Virus record (IMG/VR): IMGVR_UViG_3300044633_000899
Location: 186,001 to 250,000 of that record
Reading direction: 5' to 3' (one strand)
DNA length: 64,000 nt
Within the stretch, counting starts at the first letter, position 1, and the number at the start of each line of letters is the position of its first letter. The notes under the pieces were generated by a model. It searched no databases, had not been told where the DNA came from, and worked only from the letters and a program-made list of their open reading frames with translations. This document shows, piece by piece, positions 10,037-19,836 of the stretch. A program made the position numbers and the translations under genes.

Positions 10037-10883
10037 TATAAAACATTATAAGTTTATTTTTTGTTTTTAAAATATAAGGGTAACATACCATTATATTTTC
10101 CCATTCGTTATTTTCACTAATATCTAATTCAATTGAATTATCTTTAATCCAATTAATCCCATCTTTAGATGTTGATTTTTTTATTCTATATGAATTATTA
10201 ATATTATCCCTATAGTCTAATTTATTACGTATTGAATACCACATTTGATACTCATTATTAATTTTTAAAACTCTTGTTGCGGATATCCCACCTTCATCAC
10301 CATCTAATGGTATGCAAGTTATTCCTGTTGGGTTCCAATCAACTCCATTTGTGGATGTTGCATATTTTATATCGTATGTTGGTTCCATACCATATTCCGA
10401 CTCAACCCAATCTAAACATGAAAGATACCACATACGCCATAACCCATCTTCTATCATTATACTTACGGTTCCGATATAACCAGGTTCTTTATAAGATGTA
10501 CTTAAAACAGGTCCTTTAGAAAATTTTTCCCATGTTTTACCATTATCATCACTTATTGCTAACCCTAAATTGTTATGATACGGAACATCCATTCTTAATG
10601 ACCAACCAATATAATAAAGAAATTTCTTATTACCTACCGTTACTATTTCTGTGGGCATAATACCCGCCCAATCAAAACTACCCTTTTCCCCAAGTTTAAG
10701 GATTGGGTCGTTTGATTTGTTTAAAATTTTATTAGGGTCTTCCTTATCAACATCAACAAACATCGGATTACTTTTCCCTTCGATTCTTGTGGAATAATAA
10801 ATACGATAGAAATTATCATATTCATCAACCACAGGTACTTGAGAATGATGATCGTTAAAAATGTTACCTTTTTTATCCCACAT
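9987..10883 (-). CDS. Five-bladed beta-propeller glycosidase-like protein
   Basis: Repeated blades (RIYYS, LYYIG, MWYLS, MWYS, MFYNGN) with Asp-box-like SDDNGKTW and STNGVDW. Confidence 0.75.
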   Translation of the reverse strand: MWDKKGNIFNDHHSQVPVVDEYDNFYRIYYSTRIEGKSNPMFVDVDKEDPNKILNKSNDPILKLGEKGSFDWAGIMPTEIVTVGNKKFLYYIGWSLRMDVPYHNNLGLAISDDNGKTWEKFSKGPVLSTSYKEPGYIGTVSIMIEDGLWRMWYLSCLDWVESEYGMEPTYDIKYATSTNGVDWNPTGITCIPLDGDEGGISATRVLKINNEYQMWYSIRNKLDYRDNINNSYRIKKSTSKDGINWIKDNSIELDISENNEWENIMVCYPYILKTKNKLIMFYNGNRFGKTGIGYAVKE

Positions 10884-10889
10884 ATTATT

Positions 10890-11597
10890 TTACATTACAT
10901 CTAATGGTGATTTATCTTGTTTTTTTGCTGGTGATCCCATATAAAATCCATTGTCATCTGTGGATTTTGTTATCATACTACCCATTGCGATTAATGAACC
11001 TTCACCTATTGTGACAAAATCTCTGATCGTTGAGTTAACTCCAAACCAAGACCGTTCTTTAACGTGACAATGACCCGATAAAACCACATGAGACGTAAAA
11101 AATACATGATCATCTATTTTACCATGATGACCAATATGGTTACCACTCCACATCATAACATTATTACCAATTTCAGTAAATGGTTGTAACGTATTATCTT
11201 CAAGAATAAAGCAATTTTCACCAATTTTATTATCACATACCGTTGCCTTTGGTGATACATATGAAATAAAATTATATCCTTTACGTTTACCTTCTTCGTA
11301 AATTCTTTTTCTAACCATATTCATTTTTGATCCGGTCATTGGAGCAAATAACAAGTATTCTGATGGGGGGAAAATAGTTTCTAAAGTTTCAAATTCAAAA
11401 ACAGGATAACTAGTTGAGGATCCTCTTGGGGTGAAAAAATCTTTGGTTAAATATTCTTTATTAACCGTAAAACCAATTACTTCGTAATCAGTGTCTTTAG
11501 AAAGGTAATAGTGAGCCAACTCAGCTAAATCTAAAGTTCCAAAAATTATTATTTTATTTGTAGACATATATTGTATATTCATAAAGTTTATAATCAT
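10890..11597 (-). CDS. Sugar O/N-acetyltransferase, hexapeptide-repeat (NeuD/PglD-like); start probably MSTNK
   Basis: IIIFG N-terminal Rossmann strand, left-handed beta-helix hexapeptides, catalytic-type IGHH and C-terminal GSPAK. Confidence 0.88.
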   Translation of the reverse strand: MIINFMNIQYMSTNKIIIFGTLDLAELAHYYLSKDTDYEVIGFTVNKEYLTKDFFTPRGSSTSYPVFEFETLETIFPPSEYLLFAPMTGSKMNMVRKRIYEEGKRKGYNFISYVSPKATVCDNKIGENCFILEDNTLQPFTEIGNNVMMWSGNHIGHHGKIDDHVFFTSHVVLSGHCHVKERSWFGVNSTIRDFVTIGEGSLIAMGSMITKSTDDNGFYMGSPAKKQDKSPLDVM

Positions 11598-12168
11598 TTC
11601 TTATAACGAAATTCTTAGATAAATTATTTTTAAGAAATAAACCAATCTCATCCATTGATACATGAAATAAATCATCTCTTTCCCAGTCAACTAATTTTGA
11701 CATCACATTAAAGGCTATCCCTTTGTTTGTTTTTAACCAAAGAGTTTTTAGAGTATTTGACATAAAATCAAACATTTCTTCATAACTTAAATCTCTTTTT
11801 TCAGTAAAAGTACCATTACAAACAATATAATCAAAATTAGGTATTTCATCGTTAATATTAATATCCTTTAAAAAGAAATTAACTTCAGGGTATTTTTTTA
11901 TACAATGGTCATAAAATTTTTCATTTATATCTAAACCACTATAAACGATTTCGTTTTCTTTTTTTTCGTTTAAAATAAATTTATAAAGATGACCTAAACC
12001 ACACCCAAAATCAAGTAATGATGATTTATTGTTTTCATTTATTAGATCTAACATAACTTTATATCTTGTTAATGTATCTTCATATTTTGGCCAATCAACC
12101 CCCAAGTGATTATCCCCATGATCCTCAAAACACTTTTTATAATGTTCGGCAATTTTTAAATAGTTCAT
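11554..12168 (-). CDS. Class I SAM-dependent methyltransferase
   Basis: LLDFGCGLG motif I, YSGLDIN and FDYIVCNG. Confidence 0.9.
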   Translation of the reverse strand: MNYLKIAEHYKKCFEDHGDNHLGVDWPKYEDTLTRYKVMLDLINENNKSSLLDFGCGLGHLYKFILNEKKENEIVYSGLDINEKFYDHCIKKYPEVNFFLKDININDEIPNFDYIVCNGTFTEKRDLSYEEMFDFMSNTLKTLWLKTNKGIAFNVMSKLVDWERDDLFHVSMDEIGLFLKNNLSKNFVIRNDYKLYEYTIYVYK

Positions 12169-12860
12169 ATTAAAGTGTAATTGTTTAATTCTTTTATTAT
12201 TGTGTTTTTTGGGTATCTAAATAAAATATCTAATATTGAATTGTATGGATTGTCAAAATTAACGTCTCCCATTTTTATAAAATTAAGTTCAATATCGTTT
12301 AAATTAAAATCTTCTTTATTGTAAAGTTTTTGACCCCCGATTGCATTTACGTACTTGTTACCATTAAAATGTTTAACAATATCTTGTAACCCTTCATTTT
12401 TTTTTCTATCTGTGATTCCACAACTAGTTGATATTAAATTACATTTTATGTTCAGATAATTACAAACATATTTAATTGATGTAAAATTAAAATTTGAAAT
12501 ACTGACATTATCACCTATAGATAAAATTTCATTCTTCCATGGATGTATTATGTTATCAATTACATCATTGTAATACTCGTCTTTTTTATAAAGTTGAGAA
12601 AGTTTTTGTTCAAATTTATTAAACCAATCTTCATTTAATAAAACGTTAACTTCTGTACATTTTTTATTTTGACTGCCGTTTATAACAGGAATGTTTATTT
12701 GAGTGTCACTTTTTATTTTATTTCTTACCATATAACTTCTTTTCATAAAACTAACGTGATCTAAATTAACATATAAATTAACCGCATTAATTAATTGAAA
12801 ATACCCAATATAAGGGAAAAAGTAGGGTTGCATTATCCCAATCGTAATGTTATTGTCCAT
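12165..12860 (-). CDS. wbqC: WbqC-family protein
   Basis: IMQPYFFPYIGYFQLI N-terminus, YVNAIGGQKLY and SILDILF. Confidence 0.9.
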   Translation of the reverse strand: MDNNITIGIMQPYFFPYIGYFQLINAVNLYVNLDHVSFMKRSYMVRNKIKSDTQINIPVINGSQNKKCTEVNVLLNEDWFNKFEQKLSQLYKKDEYYNDVIDNIIHPWKNEILSIGDNVSISNFNFTSIKYVCNYLNIKCNLISTSCGITDRKKNEGLQDIVKHFNGNKYVNAIGGQKLYNKEDFNLNDIELNFIKMGDVNFDNPYNSILDILFRYPKNTIIKELNNYTLI

Positions 12861-13491
12861 ACACTTTAAATTTTGAAAGATCGGGATAAGATAATTCTAA
12901 ATCATCATTTTCTTTAGGTTTACCTGTTTTTGTTTCGTAAAATTGAGTTATCAATAGCAGCCCTCTTGCGGATATCTCCGGCATCATATAAAAGTTCCAC
13001 CCAACAACTGGGTTGTTGTCAAAATCATCATCGTGATAACTACATTCGTCTCTACCACTAAACCTTGCTTTTTTGAACCATTTATATGCTTGTTCATCGT
13101 CAGTTAGAATTGCACCTCCCTTACCTAATTTTAAGTGTTTATAAGGACCGGTAAAGGACAAACACATATGTGTATTAGGGACATACATATTAGATGTAAA
13201 TCTTAAAGCACTATCCCATACTTTTGTTGGGTATAATTGATAAGCACCTTTTATTGTGTCACCCTCAACAGGTGTAAATTTAACTTTACCACCCGCATGA
13301 ATAATCTCACAAGGTACCGAAGGGTATGTTCTTGACGGAATCTCAATGGTCATTCCTTTTATTTTTTCATAAGTTAATGCCAAGAATAACGCATTACTTT
13401 GGTTGTCAACGGTAACAACATACTTTGCTCCCGTATAGTGAGATAATTTCTTTTCAAAATCTTCTGTTATTTTATAAACACCATTAGCCAT
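12850..13491 (-). CDS. Short DegT/DnrJ/EryC1/StrS-type PLP sugar aminotransferase
   Basis: FEKKLSHYTGAKYVV, SNALFLAL, WDSA, SFTGPYKHLKLGKGGAI (PLP lysine) and GWNFYM. Confidence 0.8.
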   Translation of the reverse strand: MANGVYKITEDFEKKLSHYTGAKYVVTVDNQSNALFLALTYEKIKGMTIEIPSRTYPSVPCEIIHAGGKVKFTPVEGDTIKGAYQLYPTKVWDSALRFTSNMYVPNTHMCLSFTGPYKHLKLGKGGAILTDDEQAYKWFKKARFSGRDECSYHDDDFDNNPVVGWNFYMMPEISARGLLLITQFYETKTGKPKENDDLELSYPDLSKFKVYGQ

Positions 13492-13493
13492 AA

Positions 13494-15005
13494 TTATTTT
13501 ATTAAAACTTTATTTTTTATTTGTTCCCATTTTTGACTAATAATAGGAAACAAATAATTTTTGTAATCATTATTTAATTTTATCATATCTTCAGAATCTT
13601 CTTTTCTTGTTTGTGATTCATAATGATATGCAACACAATCACCACATACATAATTCGTAAAACCATTAGATTTAATAATTACATTTAACTCAACATCTTC
13701 AAAACAAGTTGTGTAGTTTTCGTTAAACATATTGGACTTAATAAATAAATTTTTACGAACCATCATTAAACCACCAGTATTCCCAATAACATCTTTTAAT
13801 TGATTATAATAGTTGTAGTAGTTTTTTAAATTTAAGTGTCCAACGTGTATTCTGTTGTGTTGTTTTTCTAGTAGTATTAACATACCGTCGTGTTGGATTG
13901 TATTATCGTCAAAATGTAACCTTGCGCCAACAGTACCCGTTTTTTTATCTTTTTCAAAAACACCTAACATCCCACTAATAATATCATTTAATAATTTAAT
14001 GTCATTATTACAAAATAATAAAAACTCATATTCATCAGTTATATGATTTTTAATAACATCATTATTTATCTTGGCAAAATTATAGTAATCATACTCAATT
14101 AATTTTATATTATCATATTTTGATGTGTTATCACGAATTTCTTTTTTTTCATCTTCTGATGAACCTGTGTCGGCAATAAATAAATTAAAAACATTAGTAT
14201 CACAATGATCATAAAATGAATTAACACAATCTAATAACATATCAACCTTACCTTTTGTTGGTATAATAACCGCAACTTTACCAAATTTTTTAAAAGTTTT
14301 TCTTTTTATTTCTGGAACATATGGTTCAGTTGGTTTTAAATCCAAAGGTAGGTGTTGTTTCCATTTTTCCAAGAATTTTTCTTTTGATTCGTAGAACTCC
14401 TCATTCGGTCTTCCAACAGATTCGTGTGTTATTTCAAACGAAGATGTTACACCAATTTTAACACCATCAACGTAATTTGGAATACAAAATCCGTGATCAT
14501 AAAAATGAAATTTACCGTATGATTCATCAAAGGTGTGTTTAACTTTTGTCTTATTAAAAGAAATGAATAATCCATCAATTGTAACGACTGGGACAATAAA
14601 TGGTAATTTTGGCGAAAAACGACTTAAAAACTTTTTCTCACCTGGGGGATGGTGATAAACTTGACCAACCATTGTTTGTGTTAATTTTTCCCAATAAACA
14701 CCTGACTCTGGAAAATAACAGGATCCTGCTTTACCAATAATACCAAACTCTGGGTTGTTGTTAAAATCTTCAAGTAATTTAACACCCCACCCTTTCTCAA
14801 GTTTTATATCATTATGACAACACACTATGATGTCATATTTAGCATTACCAATACCTTTATTGTAAAGTTCTGATAATGAATATTGATTATGGTTTTCGTA
14901 AGGTATTACTTGTACGTGTTGAAGTCCTGATGTTAATACAAGATGATCGTTAAATTTATCGTTGTATTCTTTATCTCTATGTGTTGAGTAAATTATTGTT
15001 ATCAT
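13494..15005 (-). CDS. Two-domain GT-A glycosyltransferase
   Basis: Domain 1: VCCHNDI, FHFYD. Domain 2: VAVIIPTK, FCNNDI, FEDVE, YHYESQTR. Confidence 0.85.
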   Translation of the reverse strand: MITIIYSTHRDKEYNDKFNDHLVLTSGLQHVQVIPYENHNQYSLSELYNKGIGNAKYDIIVCCHNDIKLEKGWGVKLLEDFNNNPEFGIIGKAGSCYFPESGVYWEKLTQTMVGQVYHHPPGEKKFLSRFSPKLPFIVPVVTIDGLFISFNKTKVKHTFDESYGKFHFYDHGFCIPNYVDGVKIGVTSSFEITHESVGRPNEEFYESKEKFLEKWKQHLPLDLKPTEPYVPEIKRKTFKKFGKVAVIIPTKGKVDMLLDCVNSFYDHCDTNVFNLFIADTGSSEDEKKEIRDNTSKYDNIKLIEYDYYNFAKINNDVIKNHITDEYEFLLFCNNDIKLLNDIISGMLGVFEKDKKTGTVGARLHFDDNTIQHDGMLILLEKQHNRIHVGHLNLKNYYNYYNQLKDVIGNTGGLMMVRKNLFIKSNMFNENYTTCFEDVELNVIIKSNGFTNYVCGDCVAYHYESQTRKEDSEDMIKLNNDYKNYLFPIISQKWEQIKNKVLIK

Positions 15006-15751
15006 AAAAAAGAATTAAAAATTTGGTTGTAATGTGTGTACGCATTTTTATTTCGCATATGTAAATTTCTTAAAACCCCAACACTATTTATGTCGTTTTC
15101 GCACGTAATCTCATAGGGTTTTGGTCCGTGAAAATGTATGATATTAACATCATCGTTAATACCCCAATATGGTTTCCAATTAAAAATTATTGGTAATTTA
15201 GTTAAATCTTTAATAAATAAATTATTATACATACTTTGATCCCAAATATCTAAATTCTCAAAATTTTCAGTTATATAATTTAGTATAAATTCATCATTTT
15301 GATTAAAATAATTAAAATTACCGACCATAACACCAGCATTTACGTATGACCAATCGTTAATGTTAGACTCTGGTGATGCTGCAAAAATTTTTGGTTTTAG
15401 TGTTTCTATTTGAGAATAATCCCCACTCTGGAAAACAACGTCATAATCGGTATATAAAAAATAATCATCAATAATATTATTTTTTTTCATTAAAAATGGG
15501 ATTTCAGTTCTTAAAAACGTACCTGAAGAGGTTGTTAAATCCCTATTAGAATTTTTAAATGTTTCATAACATCTGTGTCTATGTTCAATTATTGTAACTT
15601 CTTTTGGTAAATTTAAAACGTTTTTATTACCATCAAAAATAACATAAACATCAAAATTCGTATTTTTAAGTGCTGATTTTACCGCAACCTCTAACATTTT
15701 TATTTTATTGGTGTTTGCGGTGTTTTCATTTGTTGATAAAAAAAGTTTCAT
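15002..15751 (-). CDS. Glycosyltransferase family 8-like
   Basis: LYTDYDVVF, VNAGVM, DQSMYN, FNWKPYWG and IIHFHGPKP motifs. Probable start MKLFL at 15751, just after the dut stop. Confidence 0.8.
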   Translation of the reverse strand: MKLFLSTNENTANTNKIKMLEVAVKSALKNTNFDVYVIFDGNKNVLNLPKEVTIIEHRHRCYETFKNSNRDLTTSSGTFLRTEIPFLMKKNNIIDDYFLYTDYDVVFQSGDYSQIETLKPKIFAASPESNINDWSYVNAGVMVGNFNYFNQNDEFILNYITENFENLDIWDQSMYNNLFIKDLTKLPIIFNWKPYWGINDDVNIIHFHGPKPYEITCENDINSVGVLRNLHMRNKNAYTHYNQIFNSFL

Positions 15752-15755
15752 ATTA

Positions 15756-16331
15756 CTAAAATCCTGTTGAGCCGAAACCATTATTATTACGATCTTTATC
15801 GTCAATCTTATCTGTTTTAACTAAGTTAACCCATTTACCACACACAACTGGACAAAGTACCGCTTGTGCGATTTTTTGACCAAGATTAATTACAACATCT
15901 TCTTTACTAGTATTAAAAATAATAACTTTAACTTCTGAATTATAACCAAAATCTACAGTTCCGGGAGAATTTAACACCATTAAACCTTGTTTTAATGCCA
16001 ACCCACTTTTACTTCTAACTTGGATTTCATATCCGTCTGGAATATCAAAACTTAATCCAGTCCCAATTAGAACTCGTTCACCGGCTTTAATTATCAGTTC
16101 TTCTGTTGACCTCAAATCAAATCCTGAATCCGTAATGTACGCGTATTCTGGTTGGGGTAGTGTTTCATTAGTGTTAGTGTAATATAACCCAATCTTTGGT
16201 TGATACTCATCTAAAGTTTTTTCTAATTCATTAAAATCAATCCCTAGTTCTCCAACAATACTGTTAATATCAATATCATCAAAATCTGTATTCAAAACGT
16301 TTTTTAACTCGTCAAATTTATTATCATTCAT
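15756..16331 (-). CDS. dut: Trimeric dUTPase with an acidic N-terminal extension
   Basis: SGFDL, QVRSKSGLA, GTVDFGY, IAQAV and RNNNGFGSTG motifs. Confidence 0.95.
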   Translation of the reverse strand: MNDNKFDELKNVLNTDFDDIDINSIVGELGIDFNELEKTLDEYQPKIGLYYTNTNETLPQPEYAYITDSGFDLRSTEELIIKAGERVLIGTGLSFDIPDGYEIQVRSKSGLALKQGLMVLNSPGTVDFGYNSEVKVIIFNTSKEDVVINLGQKIAQAVLCPVVCGKWVNLVKTDKIDDKDRNNNGFGSTGF

Positions 16332-17050
16332 TATTCTAAACTTTTTAATTTCATTATTGCCTCAACTAATACGTCAACATCTCTTTCACAATATTCACCA
16401 ATCTCTTTTAATTTTTGATCTTCCCAATATGCTTTATGAACAGTTGCACCGGTAACCTCACCACCTTTTGGTGTTGGTATGTCTAAACAAGAACATAATA
16501 AATCTAAAGATCCGATTGAGGTGTATGCACCATATTGCCAAATTTCTTTTGTGTCAATCGCTTTAATTTCCCAAGGTTTGGTATCGTATGATGGTAAGAT
16601 TTTTGATGGTCTAATACCGTTAATAATCATTCTTTTTGCCATCATCGGTATGTCAAAGTTTTTTAAATTGTGACCACATAAAAAGAATCCAAGTTTTTCA
16701 CATCTATCTAATAGTGATCTAACATCTTTTAACAAAACTTTCTCATCGTCACCAACAAAAGATTGTTTTTTTGTTTCACCATTCTCAAGAACAAACGCAA
16801 CAGAAACACACACAATTTTGGCAAACTCTGGAACTAACGCAGTTCTTGTTGAGAATATAATGTTTTTTGTTTCGTTTTCATTAGATCCTTTTGTCGCGTC
16901 TTCAGGAAAACGTTTTAAGAACCAGTCATAATATTTATCAAACTGTTCAGCAATGATAGGACTAAATTTTTGACACGCATCATAGTTAGGGTAACCACCA
17001 ACTGTTTCAATATCTAAAAATAAAATTTTTGTTATAGGTATATTTATCAT
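16331..17050 (-). CDS. Stand-alone DEDD 3'-5' exonuclease (PolB-exo-like)
   Basis: FLDIET (ExoI), GHNLKNFDIP (ExoII) and YCERDV (ExoIII). Confidence 0.85.
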   Translation of the reverse strand: MINIPITKILFLDIETVGGYPNYDACQKFSPIIAEQFDKYYDWFLKRFPEDATKGSNENETKNIIFSTRTALVPEFAKIVCVSVAFVLENGETKKQSFVGDDEKVLLKDVRSLLDRCEKLGFFLCGHNLKNFDIPMMAKRMIINGIRPSKILPSYDTKPWEIKAIDTKEIWQYGAYTSIGSLDLLCSCLDIPTPKGGEVTGATVHKAYWEDQKLKEIGEYCERDVDVLVEAIMKLKSLE

Positions 17051-17053
17051 AAA

Positions 17054-18268
17054 TTATTTAATTAAGGATTTGTAAAATGAATATCTATTTGATGTTACAA
17101 CGTTTAAATTGTATGTATCTTTAACGGTTTCGTATAACCTCTCACCAATATCGGTAATAAAGTTTGGATTGTCAACTAATTTTTTAACGTATTTAGCCCA
17201 GTCACTATGATTGTTGTTTTCATTTACAAGTAATGCGTTTCCATCTGTAAATTGACCTTTATCTAATGCGTGTTTTAAATCAATCGTATATGGACCAACA
17301 TTTGATGCAATTAATGCTTTTTTATAAAAACCGGCTTCAATAACCTTTAATTGAGATTTCATTCTGTTAAAAATGTGGTTTTGAATTGGTGCTAAAGATA
17401 TGTCAAACTTTGAGTAATTTTTGGCGTAACTATTTACGGGTCTTGTCCAAACTCTAACATAATTTTCTTTATCAACATTAGGGTAATAACCCTCAACAAA
17501 TGTGTCCAAATATTCTTTATAGTTTGGTGTTATAATTTTATATTTGTTTGTGAAAATTTCTTCATACTTAACCCACACTGTTTCACTAGGGGTAATCGGT
17601 CGTTGTGTTTTTTGACCCGTTTGTTGGTTGATTTCCGTAACAGAACCACGAGTATCAAAACCACAAACATAATATTGTAATTTATCTTGTATAGGTGATA
17701 ACTTTGATACCATACCATCTAATAATTTTAAATCGTGTAAATGTGATGATCCACCCAACCAACCAACACGAATTTTTTCTGACGGTAATGTTGGTTCATT
17801 AAACTGACCTTCATTCGGATCAATAGCGTTTGGTAATACAATAACGTTTTTATTGTATTTTCTAATCTCGTTTGCAAAAATCTCAGTTGTTGTTGTTATA
17901 TAATCTGAAACTTTTATGTTTGCTATAATTTTTTCGTGAATTTTGTTTTGTAATATAATTTGTTGTATTGGATGTTCTTTTGTTGGTAACCAATAGTCAT
18001 CAATATCCATAATAACAACAATACCGATTGATTGTAAATATTTTATAAATTCTGGACAACTTTCATAATCGTTCCCAATATTACGATGAAAGTGTATGAT
18101 TTGATATTTTTTCCAAAAATTTATATTAGTTGTATCAACACTATACTCAATATCCACATGGAATTCATTTGGATACATATTTTGTAGTTTAACGTGTGGA
18201 TCAACTGTACGAAATTTTGATACCCCCGAGGTATCTGATGCGATTGCTAAGACATTAATTTTTTCCAT
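17054..18268 (-). CDS. GT-B glycosyltransferase (GT4-like)
   Basis: DIDDYW, VLPNAID, GWLGGSSH, DISLAP, KSQLKVIEAG and IASNVGPY motifs. Confidence 0.85.
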   Translation of the reverse strand: MEKINVLAIASDTSGVSKFRTVDPHVKLQNMYPNEFHVDIEYSVDTTNINFWKKYQIIHFHRNIGNDYESCPEFIKYLQSIGIVVIMDIDDYWLPTKEHPIQQIILQNKIHEKIIANIKVSDYITTTTEIFANEIRKYNKNVIVLPNAIDPNEGQFNEPTLPSEKIRVGWLGGSSHLHDLKLLDGMVSKLSPIQDKLQYYVCGFDTRGSVTEINQQTGQKTQRPITPSETVWVKYEEIFTNKYKIITPNYKEYLDTFVEGYYPNVDKENYVRVWTRPVNSYAKNYSKFDISLAPIQNHIFNRMKSQLKVIEAGFYKKALIASNVGPYTIDLKHALDKGQFTDGNALLVNENNNHSDWAKYVKKLVDNPNFITDIGERLYETVKDTYNLNVVTSNRYSFYKSLIK

Positions 18269-18309
18269 ACGTTAATTATAAATAAAAATTTAAAAATAAT
18301 CAACAATAA

Positions 18310-18340
18310 AAAATCCCCCCTAAAAATTAGAGAGGATTTT
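18310..18340 (-). terminator. Intrinsic terminator after the 18364-21277 gene run
   Basis: Minus-strand hairpin AAAATCCTCTCTAA/TTAGGGGGGATTTT (G-U pairs) followed by a T-tract. Confidence 0.7.
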
Positions 18341-18363
18341 ACTTTAATTTGATGATACGCAAA

Positions 18364-18939
18364 TTATTTTACAACTTTCTTTACATTTGTTAACCGACCT
18401 TCAAAGATGTGTTGACCAACTCTAAATTTAAATAAATCATTTGATTTTGATTCAGACTCAACAAGTAATCCATTTTCTCTTAAAACTTCTTCAACAGTTT
18501 CTTTAACGATTTGTTTAATGTCGTTTGTTTGTGGTATTACGGTTTGTTTTACATTAGGTTGTGATGTTTGTTCTTTAACCACATTAGTACCCATTAATCT
18601 GGCTGCTTTTTCAATTAATTCGTCACTTAGTCCAACCCCAGTATTAACACCCATTGTAGGTTTGTCAATCGGATGTTCAATCATAAGTTGTTTTATTTCG
18701 TCAGGTAACCTTGAGTTTTTTATACGATCTTCTGTTGGCATTTCTGTAGTATAAGTTCTTGGTTTTGTTTCCTCCATAAGGTTATCTGGTAAATTATACG
18801 TCGCATTTACTGGTTGAAATTCCTCAACCATTGGTGCTGTTGGTAATTCACTTGCTTGACCTCTACCCATTGTATTGTGTTTCTCCATTATTTTTTTGGA
18901 GATTAATAATTTATTAAGTAAATCTTGTTCTGAGTTCAT
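18364..18939 (-). CDS. Hypothetical protein
   Basis: Co-oriented ORF with no recognised motif. Confidence 0.6.
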   Translation of the reverse strand: MNSEQDLLNKLLISKKIMEKHNTMGRGQASELPTAPMVEEFQPVNATYNLPDNLMEETKPRTYTTEMPTEDRIKNSRLPDEIKQLMIEHPIDKPTMGVNTGVGLSDELIEKAARLMGTNVVKEQTSQPNVKQTVIPQTNDIKQIVKETVEEVLRENGLLVESESKSNDLFKFRVGQHIFEGRLTNVKKVVK

Positions 18940-18942
18940 ATG

Positions 18943-19548
18943 TTATTGTTTTTGTAGTATTTTATTACTAATAATAGACTTTAATGCCGATTTCTCAACA
19001 CTACTTAGTTCTTTATTTGTTTCTTTTTCAATTTCTTGATAAATTCTTCTGTACGCGTCGGCCGCTTTTGATAACTCAAAGTTGTCTCCATAATTTGTTC
19101 TGTACTCATCTAATAGAGTATCAATCATTCTATCAATAATTGCGTCTTGTGATATTGGTGATTGTTGGTCAAATACCGCGTTAATAATAACCCTTGTCAT
19201 ACTTTTGTCACCATTTGGGTTATACCCTGGTCGCATTTCATTAAAATCCTCTAATGTTGGTTTATAGTTTATTATTTTATCAATTCTAAACATTCTCCAA
19301 CTCGGTAATGGTTTTTCACCAAGGTACGCTCTATGTGACGCACCCTCAACATCCCAAGCACGTAATACTGGATTTCCCGCTTTACTATAACCATAACAAA
19401 CGGGTTCAACAATCCTTAAACCTTTTCCCCCAGGTTCATCACCATCATAATAAATAATAACACGTTTACGTTGTTTGATTGTTCTAACAATTTCATCAAT
19501 TGACGCAGCCTCAACTATAAGTTTTTTATATGTGTTAAATAACTTCAT
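18943..19548 (-). CDS. WYL-domain protein without an HTH
   Basis: IIYY...RIVEPVCYG......LRAW...WRMFRIDKI matches the WYL pattern. Confidence 0.75.
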   Translation of the reverse strand: MKLFNTYKKLIVEAASIDEIVRTIKQRKRVIIYYDGDEPGGKGLRIVEPVCYGYSKAGNPVLRAWDVEGASHRAYLGEKPLPSWRMFRIDKIINYKPTLEDFNEMRPGYNPNGDKSMTRVIINAVFDQQSPISQDAIIDRMIDTLLDEYRTNYGDNFELSKAADAYRRIYQEIEKETNKELSSVEKSALKSIISNKILQKQ

Positions 19549-19835
19549 TATGCACTAGGTGTTGTATATGGTTTTTCTTTTTGGTATTGATTAATTTTTA
19601 TTTCGCTAATTCGCTCAACATTGTCAATTGATGAACCACCATTGGTTGTATCAAGAAACGAACCCGTACCTTTACCTTTTTCATCACCATCGGCAATCGC
19701 GTCTTTATTAGTTGATGAATATTCATTTGTTGGTTTATAATCGTTTTTTGGGAACAATCTATTTCTTTGTTGTTCACCAACTTCACCTAATTGATTCATA
19801 GGTTGACTAAAATCTAATCTTTCACTTACTGGCAT
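19548..19835 (-). CDS. Hypothetical protein
   Basis: ORF coupled to its neighbours with 1-nt overlap or spacing. Confidence 0.6.
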   Translation of the reverse strand: MPVSERLDFSQPMNQLGEVGEQQRNRLFPKNDYKPTNEYSSTNKDAIADGDEKGKGTGSFLDTTNGGSSIDNVERISEIKINQYQKEKPYTTPSA

Positions 19836-19836
19836 C

